From Candidatus Zixiibacteriota bacterium (GTDB lineage: Bacteria; Zixibacteria; MSB-5A5; GN15; FEB-12): 64,000 nucleotides of DNA. Every line of letters begins with the position of its first letter. The first letter of the stretch is position 1. Shown piece after piece: positions 19,076 through 27,515 of the stretch. Location of the stretch: positions 66,799-130,798 of the forward strand of contig JAJRSF010000007.1 of the NCBI GenBank assembly GCA_024278935.1, read 5' to 3'. The translations under genes were made by a program, and so were the position numbers. The notes beneath the pieces were generated by a model that worked only from the letters and a program-made list of their open reading frames with translations, had not been told where the DNA came from and made no database searches.

Positions 19076-19919
19076 AGAGGTTCTCACAGTCACAACAATA
19101 AATGGAAAATTTGCAAAACGTGGTGATGATAAAATTTCTGTTTTCGACAACTCTCTTCTGTATGCTGAAGGAATTTTTGAAACTTTTTTAGCAGTCGACA
19201 ATAATATAATTTTCTTAAAAGAACATCTCAAACGACTGGCACGTGGTGCCAAAATGATGGGGCTGACAATCCCTGTCTCACAAGAAAAACTGACCGCTTG
19301 GATGCTCAAAACTATCAAAGCCCATCCTGATAGAATCAAAAAACTCCGTCTCACAATAACCTCGGGCGAGGCTGCCCGATGGGTCGGCGTACAAGGCAAA
19401 CCACAGGTAATTTTATCCGCATCACCGCATACCATGCCGACAAAATCGTTCAAAGTTGATGTCTCCGAATTTAAGATTGATCAGGATTCCGAATTCAGAC
19501 GAATCAAAACTATCTCGTACGCTATCCATGCCGTTGCTTTAAAGTTGGCGAAAAAAAGAAAATGCGATGATGCTCTTTTGCTGAACGAAAAGAACCAAGT
19601 AGCCGAGGTTACCTCTGCGAATATTTTCTGGGTCAAAAAAAACAAAATCTATACTCCGCCAATTTCAGCAGGATGCCTAGAAGGCATCACTCGGAACATT
19701 TTAATCCGAGAAGCAAAAAAACTTGGCATGCAAGTCATTGAAAAAAACTGCACACTCAAAACACTTTTTAAAGCGGATGAAGTTTTTATCACATCATCAC
19801 TAAAATTTGTCCTCCCAATTTCAAAAATCAAGTTTGAGAAAAAAACGTACGCACTTGCCGAGGGTAATACCGCATCGACATTGTACCAACGTTTTGCAAA
19901 ACTATCAGGCTTAAAATAA
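19068..19919 (+). CDS. pabC: Aminodeoxychorismate lyase / class IV aminotransferase
   Basis: 283 aa. YAEGIFETF and EVTSANIFWVK...YTPP...GCLEGITR class IV fold motifs. Overlaps pabB by 8 nt. Confidence 0.72.
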   Translation: MTKEVLTVTTINGKFAKRGDDKISVFDNSLLYAEGIFETFLAVDNNIIFLKEHLKRLARGAKMMGLTIPVSQEKLTAWMLKTIKAHPDRIKKLRLTITSGEAARWVGVQGKPQVILSASPHTMPTKSFKVDVSEFKIDQDSEFRRIKTISYAIHAVALKLAKKRKCDDALLLNEKNQVAEVTSANIFWVKKNKIYTPPISAGCLEGITRNILIREAKKLGMQVIEKNCTLKTLFKADEVFITSSLKFVLPISKIKFEKKTYALAEGNTASTLYQRFAKLSGLK

Positions 19920-20002
19920 TTCTCTCGTTTTTAAATTGACATCTTACTATGAACTTTTCTATACTTGCTATGTAAGAAGATAAACATAGAAAAGGATTTC
20001 TC

Positions 20003-20815
20003 ATGAAAACAATATATACGATTCTCGCAATTTGCATTATTCTACTCATCCCGCAATTCACGCACGCACAAAATGTAGAAAGTACGACCTCAATGTATGA
20101 CATTCCGCCTCGTTGGTTGGTCGATATGCCAACTGCCGGAACTCTCCCCCGTGGCTACTACAACATCGGTATCCGCACCTACCCCGATGGTGGTGCGATT
20201 GTCAATACCGACATCGGACTTTCCAACCGTCTTACTATCGGAATCTCATATGGTGGCGATGCTGTCCTTTCTAACATTACTCCAAACTGGAACCCATCGA
20301 TTGAGTTTAACCTTAAATTTCGTTTAATAGACGAACTCGAATATTTCCCCGGAGTTTCAATCGGTTTTGCATCACAAGGGAATGGTCGTTTTATAAGTTC
20401 TTTTGACAGATACACATTTAAGTCACGCGGATTTTATGTTGTCGCAAGTCGTTCATTTTATTTTTACCAATGGACCGCCGGATGGCATTTTGGGATGAAC
20501 CTTACTCAAGAGAATGGTTTTGATAAAGAAGATGATATTAATTTCTTCGGAGGTTTTGATGCAACCTTCAAATACAACTTGGCTCTGATTGCCGAATACG
20601 ACTTAGCTCTCAATGATGACCGTTCGACACTCCCTGATGGTTTCAGTCCAAACACATTTGGCGGCAAAGGACGCGGATATTTTAACCTTGGTATCAAATG
20701 GTTGTTCACTGACAATTTAGAATTGGAAGCTATCTTAAAAGATATGTTTATCAACAGCCATGAAGCCGAAGCTATCACCCGTGAGATTAGAATAAACTAC
20801 ATCGACCATTTTTAG
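20003..20815 (+). CDS. Hypothetical secreted beta-barrel outer-membrane protein
   Basis: 270 aa. Signal peptide MKTIYTILAICIILLIPQFTHAQ, alternating beta-strand pattern, C-terminal ...INYIDHF. Confidence 0.5.
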   Translation: MKTIYTILAICIILLIPQFTHAQNVESTTSMYDIPPRWLVDMPTAGTLPRGYYNIGIRTYPDGGAIVNTDIGLSNRLTIGISYGGDAVLSNITPNWNPSIEFNLKFRLIDELEYFPGVSIGFASQGNGRFISSFDRYTFKSRGFYVVASRSFYFYQWTAGWHFGMNLTQENGFDKEDDINFFGGFDATFKYNLALIAEYDLALNDDRSTLPDGFSPNTFGGKGRGYFNLGIKWLFTDNLELEAILKDMFINSHEAEAITREIRINYIDHF

Positions 20816-20860
20816 TAGGCTGAAGCCTATTTTATAATCATGTCCTAACAAAAGAATTTA

Positions 20861-20889
20861 GTAGGTCAGGTCTTTCCGAGACCTGACCT
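20861..20889 (+). repeat. GTAG-headed REP-like hairpin followed by a T-run (terminator of the 20003-20815 gene)
   Basis: GTAGGTCAGGTCTTTCCGAGACCTGACC followed by T7. Near copy of 3766-3793. Confidence 0.7.
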
Positions 20890-20997
20890 TTTTTTATGCA
20901 TCATCCGAACCCCTTCCCTGCGAACGCAGGGATCCAGTCCTTTCATAAAATAAAACGTAACTCTAGAAAAAAAATTCTATTCAATATGTACCGAATA

Positions 20998-21023
20998 GAA
21001 ACCCACCCTAAAGGGTGGGCTAC
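20998..21023 (-). repeat. GTAG-headed REP-like hairpin (GTAGCCCACC family)
   Basis: The reverse complement reads GTAGCCCACCCTTTAGGGTGGGTTTC. A related copy lies at 41975-42000. Confidence 0.65.
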
Positions 21024-21061
21024 CCAGCTTATTAGAGGGGATACAATTATAAAAAACATAA

Positions 21062-21109
21062 GTAGGTCGGGTTCCAACAAGCAACCGATAGGTTGATACA
21101 GAACCCGAC
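21062..21109 (+). repeat. GTAG-headed long hairpin with a nested inner hairpin
   Basis: GTAG + GTCGGGTTC ... GAACCCGAC (9-bp stem), with inner CAACC/GGTTG. Confidence 0.55.
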
Positions 21110-21171
21110 AAGCAAAAGTTATCCACATTGCAAAACAACTTTTTCGTTGTAATTTGATGAGCGTGTTTTAG

Positions 21172-21789
21172 TTACAGGGAAATGGGTTCGTTTTTCGGTA
21201 TAGCGTTTTTTTTGGCTTTCTCTTTTTCTTCCTGAGATTCTTTGTATTGTAGTTTACGAAGTAAATCATAAGTGCGGGAGAGTTGGCGGTCAATACGCAT
21301 TTCGTAATATAGGATTTGTGCGGAGAAATTTTTATCGGGGATTGCGTTTACACCAACTATGTTTGAAAAATCTTTAGTATTGGGAGATGAGAAGTCTAGC
21401 GGTTTGACATGGTCGTTTTCTTCCATCCTGTAGTTATGTCTGTGTAGCTCTGTATTAATTTTGTCATCGAGTTTATTGAGTTGTTTGTTTATGTGGGAGG
21501 TTTCGGCGAATGCAGCACGCTGAGTACGCCAAAGACAGTTGGCGATTTTTTTGATAAGGTATTCTTGGAAAAAAGATTGGGGGTTGAGTTCGGAGCGGAG
21601 GGCTTCGATAAGGAGTTCGTAGTCTACCCTGTTTTCGGTATGGTAGTTTGAGTCGATGACGAGTTTGCTTGAGTAGAGTCCAAAAGTAGTAGAGTTTTGT
21701 GATGCGGTTTCTTTGCCTTGTTCGGATTTTGGACCAGTTGATTCTTTGGCGTTTTCACGGTTGGCTATAGTTTGTTTTGATAGGGTCAT
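21172..21789 (-). CDS. Hypothetical protein (no recognisable domain; charged, coiled-coil-like C-terminus)
   Basis: 205-aa ORF starting MTLSKQTIANRENAKESTGPKSEQGK. Bracketed by palindromic repeat clusters on both sides. Confidence 0.45.
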   Translation of the reverse strand: MTLSKQTIANRENAKESTGPKSEQGKETASQNSTTFGLYSSKLVIDSNYHTENRVDYELLIEALRSELNPQSFFQEYLIKKIANCLWRTQRAAFAETSHINKQLNKLDDKINTELHRHNYRMEENDHVKPLDFSSPNTKDFSNIVGVNAIPDKNFSAQILYYEMRIDRQLSRTYDLLRKLQYKESQEEKEKAKKNAIPKNEPISL

Positions 21790-21885
21790 ATTTTTCCTCT
21801 TTAGTTTGGAATTTAATAAAGAGGAGGTGGTTGTTTTTTAGGGAGGGTTTGTAGGGAAAGTGAGGGTGTCATTCCCGTGAAAACG

Positions 21886-21937
21886 GTGCCTGCAGGCACT
21901 TAGGAATCCAGTTGAAAGGCAGACGAGGGCGTCTGCC
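21886..21937. repeat. Two short palindromic elements
   Basis: GTGCCTGCAGGCAC at 21886-21899 (compare 8859-8872) and GGCAGACGAGGGCGTCTGCC at 21918-21937. Preceded by GTAGGGAAAG... at 21851. Confidence 0.5.
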
Positions 21938-21951
21938 GCTCACTAAAATAG

Positions 21952-22902
21952 TTATAATTTAAAAACCTGGTTCCTAAAACTAATTACAGCCCTAATAAAT
22001 GAACATGAAACAAAGATATATTCCAATGATGTATCAGCAGAAACATCCCAAGAAGCATTTATTTCAGAGTCTACTCCATGGTCAGCACCATTTCTGATGT
22101 GCCCTAAATAAAATCCCATATTCTGTATTTTTGTTGGAATTTTATTCTTACTTTTCAGATCTACAAGCATCGAATTTATACCATGCTTAATTGGTGATAT
22201 TCCTTCAATATTTGAAAGTTCTGTAAGAAAAGAATCAATGGCATTACCCGCATGAACTATTGCATCTCTATAATTTCCAGAGTCAACTCTTAAAAGTGCT
22301 TGAGAAAGTGGATCAACTACCTCTGTTTCATTTACATGTGATATACACATTTCAGTAATTTTTTCTTTAATTATTTTCTTTGATTCTGCGAAATTTACAG
22401 CTGCTTTTGCCAAAACGTTTAATTTACTTTTAAAAGATAATTCACCTAATTTAAATTTCCCAGCACCTTCGGGTTTCAATATTTGGCAATAAGTTCCTAA
22501 GTCTAATAATGTATCTCTAATTTCGCTAATTTCAGCATCAAGCTCCAACAATGCTTTAGTTTCTCTTGCGGCATCAGAAGAATCGCCATGTTGCTTAATT
22601 CTTTGACAAAAAGACTCAAATGGTTTATACGACTCCAATAAAAAACTTAAAATCGAAATTTTTAAATCATCTTCACTTGGAATCAATAATTTCCCTAATG
22701 GGTGATGTGGACAATACTCCCCATTTTCGTTTTTGAGAACTTCTAAGTTAACAGCCAAATCCAATGCTGCTTTAGCTTGAGCTGTTGAGATACTTGAAAA
22801 TTCAGAGACAAATTCTACTGTTGATCTATTATTATTACAATAAACTGCATTAATAGAGTATACTAAATGCTCTGCTGTTGTTTGAGAAAAAGGAATTGAC
22901 AT
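21952..22902 (-). CDS. Hypothetical protein with a C-terminal HEPN-like (Abi_C/AbiJ-type) Rx4H motif; candidate toxin/effector
   Basis: 316 aa. ...AIVHAGNAIDSFL...LGHIRNGADHGVD... gives R-x4-H at 22078-22095. The N-terminal part looks wHTH-like. The locus looks markedly AT-rich by eye. Confidence 0.45.
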   Translation of the reverse strand: MSIPFSQTTAEHLVYSINAVYCNNNRSTVEFVSEFSSISTAQAKAALDLAVNLEVLKNENGEYCPHHPLGKLLIPSEDDLKISILSFLLESYKPFESFCQRIKQHGDSSDAARETKALLELDAEISEIRDTLLDLGTYCQILKPEGAGKFKLGELSFKSKLNVLAKAAVNFAESKKIIKEKITEMCISHVNETEVVDPLSQALLRVDSGNYRDAIVHAGNAIDSFLTELSNIEGISPIKHGINSMLVDLKSKNKIPTKIQNMGFYLGHIRNGADHGVDSEINASWDVSADTSLEYIFVSCSFIRAVISFRNQVFKL

Positions 22903-22908
22903 AGTAGA

Positions 22909-23637
22909 CTATTTATCTTCTTCTGAGATGATGTTAGTATTTAATTCTTTAAACATTTTTTGTAATTTTACACCTAGACCTTCAATGTCACTTGGAGTAC
23001 ATTGAATTTGTATTTGAATATTTATAGGATGAGTTTTATCTTCGACTTTTACTTTTATATCTTTTTTCTCGAATTCATATTTACTTTCATGCTCCTGATA
23101 GATTGTTGTGTCAGAGATAATACTAGAAACAGGTTTCGCATGTGAAAGTACTAATTTTCCATCATCTTCTATAAGTAAATTACTTACTTTAAATATTTCA
23201 ATTATTGTCCCTGCTCCTGTTAGAATATAATTCTTCTTAGGTAGGCCAGCACTATATGCTATATGAGATTGAAGTGTACTTTTATCCATAGATTTTCTAA
23301 TACGAATAGCAGATAATATTTTTGATAAAAACTCGTTATTAGTAACTAACTCTGACCATATTGAACACACTTCATCTTGATAATCGTGACTTAAAGCATT
23401 CGCTAACTTTTTACCTTTAAGTGTAAGTTTTTTCTTATTCCCACCTTCTATGATATTGATTGTTAATAAAAAACCATTGTTAGCACTTACAACAGTGTCA
23501 TGTGTTCCAAGTATAGATGCCACTTCTTTTGGTGGTTTTGGTTCGTTGAAAGAGTTATATGCTTGAATTATTTTAATTAATTCAGGATATGAAGAACTTG
23601 GTAATTTTATCTTTTGTTCAACCATTTTTATCTCCAT
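22909..23637 (-). CDS. Hypothetical protein, probable winged-helix DNA-binding partner of the HEPN-like protein
   Basis: 242-aa ORF 6 nt upstream of the HEPN-like gene. Has wHTH-like segments (PELIKIIQAY...EVASILGTHDTVVSANNGFL). No family recognised. Confidence 0.4.
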   Translation of the reverse strand: MEIKMVEQKIKLPSSSYPELIKIIQAYNSFNEPKPPKEVASILGTHDTVVSANNGFLLTINIIEGGNKKKLTLKGKKLANALSHDYQDEVCSIWSELVTNNEFLSKILSAIRIRKSMDKSTLQSHIAYSAGLPKKNYILTGAGTIIEIFKVSNLLIEDDGKLVLSHAKPVSSIISDTTIYQEHESKYEFEKKDIKVKVEDKTHPINIQIQIQCTPSDIEGLGVKLQKMFKELNTNIISEEDK

Positions 23638-23725
23638 GTTTAAATTATAACGTTAATAACAATTTTTGTTTCAAGGTACACCAACGTACACTGATGTTTT
23701 AAATAACCCCTTAGTATAATCAACT

Positions 23726-23754
23726 ATTATACCTATTATCGTTTATAATGTCAA
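23726..23754 (-). promoter_or_regulatory. Perfect-consensus sigma70 promoter driving the 22909-23637 / 21952-22902 cassette
   Basis: The minus strand reads TTGACA, 17 nt, TATAAT. It lies about 90 nt upstream of the ATG at 23637. Confidence 0.55.
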
Positions 23755-23866
23755 TTTGAAAGGTATAATTCATTTCTCCTACAAACTCTAACCTCTTTCA
23801 AATTACAAGTAATGCATAAGACACTTACGCTATTGACAATATTGGAACACCGACCTACGAAGTTTT

Positions 23867-24982
23867 TTATTCTGAGGATGCGAGGTAGCGGAGGGCGTTG
23901 GATTTGAGTTTTTCTTTATCGAAACCTTTCAAATCAGCTGTCTCTAAAAACTCGATAAACTTCAAGTCTATTTGTCCTATGCTTGTGCGTCCAAACTGCG
24001 GAGTGGACTCATCGACTTTCTCTTTTTCAAACTGGATATTCAACGAATACGATTTTTGTTTAAGTTCAGCAAGCACCGCTGTCGGTAAAGTCTTGAGAGT
24101 TTCTTCTGACACACCCGAAACTTTAAGACGGACAATTTTGTCCGATGATTTTATTTCGGCAAGTTTTTCTTTGATGATAGCAACAAGTTCATCACCGCGT
24201 TTTCCTTTTGCTTCTATAACAGGCATGTCAACCATGACACGGGAATGCACTTTGACAAAGCGTAAATCAAAGTTCTCAAGCTCAACAACGATGAAGCCTT
24301 TTTCGGCATCACGTTCTGATTGCGAAAGCCGTTAGGTTGAACCAGCGTAGTATGATTTTTCGGCAACTTTGCAGTAGTTATGAAAATGCCCCAATGCGGT
24401 GTAATCGAACTGTTCCATCAGTTTGAGCGGAAGTTCCTGCTCGCCCAAATCAGCCATCGAAAACTCGGGCATCCCTGCGGCAACGCCATGCATAATAAGT
24501 ACGTTGTGCTTGTAGTTCGCATCAGGTACGCATTGTGTCAGCTCTTTTTTTTGAATCTCTGTCGTCAAACAATGCGGTAATGCGAAGAGCTTCGTGTCGC
24601 CTATTGTAAAGGTCTCTAAGCCGATACCTGCCGATATATATAGATTGTCGATATGGTCGAAGATATTCAAAGCTGCCCCTATGTGAGGCTGTTTTGGGGC
24701 ATCGTGGTTACCAGAGATGATTACAGTCGGAATTTTGTGAACTTCAGCAAGTCGATGAAGCTGTTCCCCTGCTATGGCAATGATTTTGTTAGTCGGCCTG
24801 ACAACATGGAATATGTCACCGGCATGAATACAGATATCCGGTTTTTCCTCGATAATTTTATTAACCGCCTCGATGAAAGAATTGATGATATCTTCCTGCC
24901 TGAGGGTCAGCCCGCTCTCGCCTCGTTTGGGATGATTCTCGCCTGCCCCAAGATGGGTGTCTGCAATGTGACAAATTTTCAT
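23867..24982 (-). pseudogene. sbcD: SbcD/Mre11-family nuclease, interrupted by an in-frame TAA at 24332-24334
   Basis: ORFs 24332-24982 and 23867-24250 share a frame. Reading through gives ...KSYYAGST*RLSQSERDAEKGFIVVELENF... Phosphoesterase motifs HIADTHLG, GDIFH, GNHD and GHFH are present. Confidence 0.7.
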
Positions 24983-25047
24983 AATGCATTATACGCAATT
25001 ATGGCTTGCATAGGAATCACATTTTATAACGATGTGTGGAAATAAAT

Positions 25048-26475
25048 TTAGTAGATATCGTACCTGGAAATACGGTCTCTGAGAGTATTGCGGGATATGC
25101 CGAGTGTTTCCGATGTTTTCACTTGGTTGCCGTCGAAATGTTTTAAACAGGATGAAATAATTGCCCGTTCAAATGCTGATTCCAAAAACTGATAGATTCG
25201 TCCCGGTGAACCTGCGATAAGTTTTGGCATAACAGGGTCTATAATTTTTTTGAATGTATCGGTGTAGTCATCTTGTAAAATATCAAGGTCAACTTCGATA
25301 CCTGAATTACCCTCGGTAAAAACAGGGAAATCTTCCGGTTGTAATACATCGGACTTGCTCATGACTATAGCAGTATGGATATTGTTTTCGAGTTCACGAA
25401 CATTACCCGGCCAATTATATTTTGTTAGAAGCTGGACTGCTTTTTTCGATATTTTCTTTTGTGATTGATGTAATTTTTCAGAATATTTATGCATAAAGTG
25501 ATCAATCAAAATAGTAATATCTGTACGGCGTTCTCTAAGAGGTGGCAAATAGATAGAGACAACTTTTAAACGGTAGAACAGATCAACGCGGAAAGATCCT
25601 TCTTTCATACATTGTACTAAAGATTTATTGGTAGCAGCAATTATCCGAACATCAACTTTGATAGTTTCGTTGCCGCCGACTCTTTCGAGTTCCTGTTCTT
25701 GAAGTACACGAAGTAATTTTGATTGAGTAAGTAATGACATATCGCCTATCTCATCAAGGAAAAGAGTTCCCTCGTGGGCTTGTTCGAATTTACCAATACG
25801 TTTAAAGTACGCACCAGTGAAAGCACCTTTTTCATGTCCAAATAATTCAGACTCTAAAAGTGTTTCAGGGAGTGCTGCACAATTGACTGATGAGAAAGCG
25901 TCGTTTTTTCTTTGGGAGCTTCGGTGAATTGCTCGGGCTACGAGTTCTTTACCGGTACCTGATTCGCCGAAGATAAGTACTGATGCATCAGAGTTTGCAA
26001 CTTGCCCGATCAGTTTGGCAATTTCTACAATTTCAGGTGACTTGCCGATGATTTCATCGAGTTCAATTTTATCATGCGGGATAGTTGCTACACTACTTGA
26101 TGAGTTGATAGCATTCAGTCCACATGCTTTATTTACCGTGTCGATTAATTTTTCAAGTTGGAATGGCTTGGTCAGATATTCGTAGGCTCCTTCTTTCATA
26201 GCCTCGATAGCATTTTCAGTAGAGACAAAACCTGATATAATTATTACAGGAAGTTCTCTGTCGATTTTCTTGATTTGTTTTAAAACGTCAAGTCCCGATA
26301 ATGACGGAAGGTTTACGTCTAACATAACAAGGTCAACAGATTTGTGTTCTTTGACAAAAGTTCCGACTTCCATACCATCATCTAAAAAGTCAAAATGGTA
26401 TTTATCAGAGTCAAATAAATTTGCCAGAGATAGCGATAGGTCTTTGTCGTCGTCTACTAATAATATATTCTTCAT
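25048..26475 (-). CDS. Sigma54-dependent response regulator (NtrC family: REC + AAA+ + Fis-type HTH)
   Basis: 475 aa. REC domain (LLVDDD...DLVMLDVNLP), Walker A GESGTGKE, GAFTGA loop (EKGAFTGA), C-terminal HTH (TSETLGISRNTLRDRI). Confidence 0.9.
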   Translation of the reverse strand: MKNILLVDDDKDLSLSLANLFDSDKYHFDFLDDGMEVGTFVKEHKSVDLVMLDVNLPSLSGLDVLKQIKKIDRELPVIIISGFVSTENAIEAMKEGAYEYLTKPFQLEKLIDTVNKACGLNAINSSSSVATIPHDKIELDEIIGKSPEIVEIAKLIGQVANSDASVLIFGESGTGKELVARAIHRSSQRKNDAFSSVNCAALPETLLESELFGHEKGAFTGAYFKRIGKFEQAHEGTLFLDEIGDMSLLTQSKLLRVLQEQELERVGGNETIKVDVRIIAATNKSLVQCMKEGSFRVDLFYRLKVVSIYLPPLRERRTDITILIDHFMHKYSEKLHQSQKKISKKAVQLLTKYNWPGNVRELENNIHTAIVMSKSDVLQPEDFPVFTEGNSGIEVDLDILQDDYTDTFKKIIDPVMPKLIAGSPGRIYQFLESAFERAIISSCLKHFDGNQVKTSETLGISRNTLRDRISRYDIY

Positions 26476-26664
26476 AGTTTTTTTTACTCTCGTATTGATA
26501 TAAATTCTATCGGACGAAAGTTGAGATTATGAAGAGAAAACTTTGATTTAACAGTCTTTTTCTTGTTTTTAATTGAAATAATTTTATGAGGACAAAAAAA
26601 GATTACTCTTGTTGCATGATATGATTTTTTTAGATGAGATTTGTTTCAGAATGAAATAAAATTC

Positions 26665-27501
26665 TTAATCTTCTTCAGAAAGATAATTGACCGCAGTCCC
26701 CATCCAGAAGAAATTAACAAATAAATCGATAACAATTCCGGTACATAAAAGTAAATATACCATTATCGGATTGAATTTTGCCACGATTTCAGACGGGTTA
26801 CTCATGATAAAAGCAAGAATGAGCGGAGCAGTTAAAATAATAGCTGCTAAAAAGAAAGTAAATATAGGGCGTCTTAAAAAAGTCATGATAGAAAATTTGA
26901 TTCCTGTTAAGACATTTGTTCTATAAATGGCAATATATGGAATAGCAAAAAAGAACAAAGCTACAACTAAGACATTGAATAATGGGATGAAGCCATAGTC
27001 AAACATCATCTGTCTTCTCGGTGAACTCCATAGGAAGTCGGCTAAGATAAGTGGGAAGAATTTATAGCCTGCGTATAAGATACCGTTTAAGATTCCCCAA
27101 CAAAGGCTAAGATGTAGCCAATTTGTCAGGTAAGCAGCGATAGAAAGGTTTGTTGCTTTTGTATCAGTAAATATGTAGCGATAGAAGACAAGTGCCACAG
27201 CACCCAGTATACCGCCCTCTATAAGCAAGCCAATAAAAAGTTTTGCTGAGCTATAATAGTATGACAGTAGGATAAAATGTCCCGGGTAATGAGTAAAGCC
27301 ACCTGCATATTGAGAGTCCCAAAGTTCGGTCCACCAATGTATCGTCGAATAAAAAATCGGATTGGCAAAATCATAATGAGAATATAACAACAACCAATAG
27401 ACAAGGCTTATACAAAGAAGCAGAAGCCATGCTTTCATACGTCCAAACAATTTGAATGTATCTATAAAAAGAGAGATGAAATGATTGATTGATTTTAACA
27501 A
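26665..27501 (-). CDS. Hypothetical polytopic membrane protein
   Basis: 278 aa with multiple hydrophobic helices and no recognised family. Start uncertain (TTG at 27501 or ATG at 27438). Confidence 0.45.
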   Translation of the reverse strand: MLKSINHFISLFIDTFKLFGRMKAWLLLLCISLVYWLLLYSHYDFANPIFYSTIHWWTELWDSQYAGGFTHYPGHFILLSYYYSSAKLFIGLLIEGGILGAVALVFYRYIFTDTKATNLSIAAYLTNWLHLSLCWGILNGILYAGYKFFPLILADFLWSSPRRQMMFDYGFIPLFNVLVVALFFFAIPYIAIYRTNVLTGIKFSIMTFLRRPIFTFFLAAIILTAPLILAFIMSNPSEIVAKFNPIMVYLLLCTGIVIDLFVNFFWMGTAVNYLSEED

Positions 27502-27515
27502 GTCATATACTCCAC

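Noticed and set aside
20896-21128. ORF-track entries 20896-21096 and 20943-21128 (and likewise 45049-45267 and 49584-49910) as genes
   Set aside because: They are translations of palindromic REP-like elements or of the antisense strand of rplQ. They have no RBS or conserved protein features.
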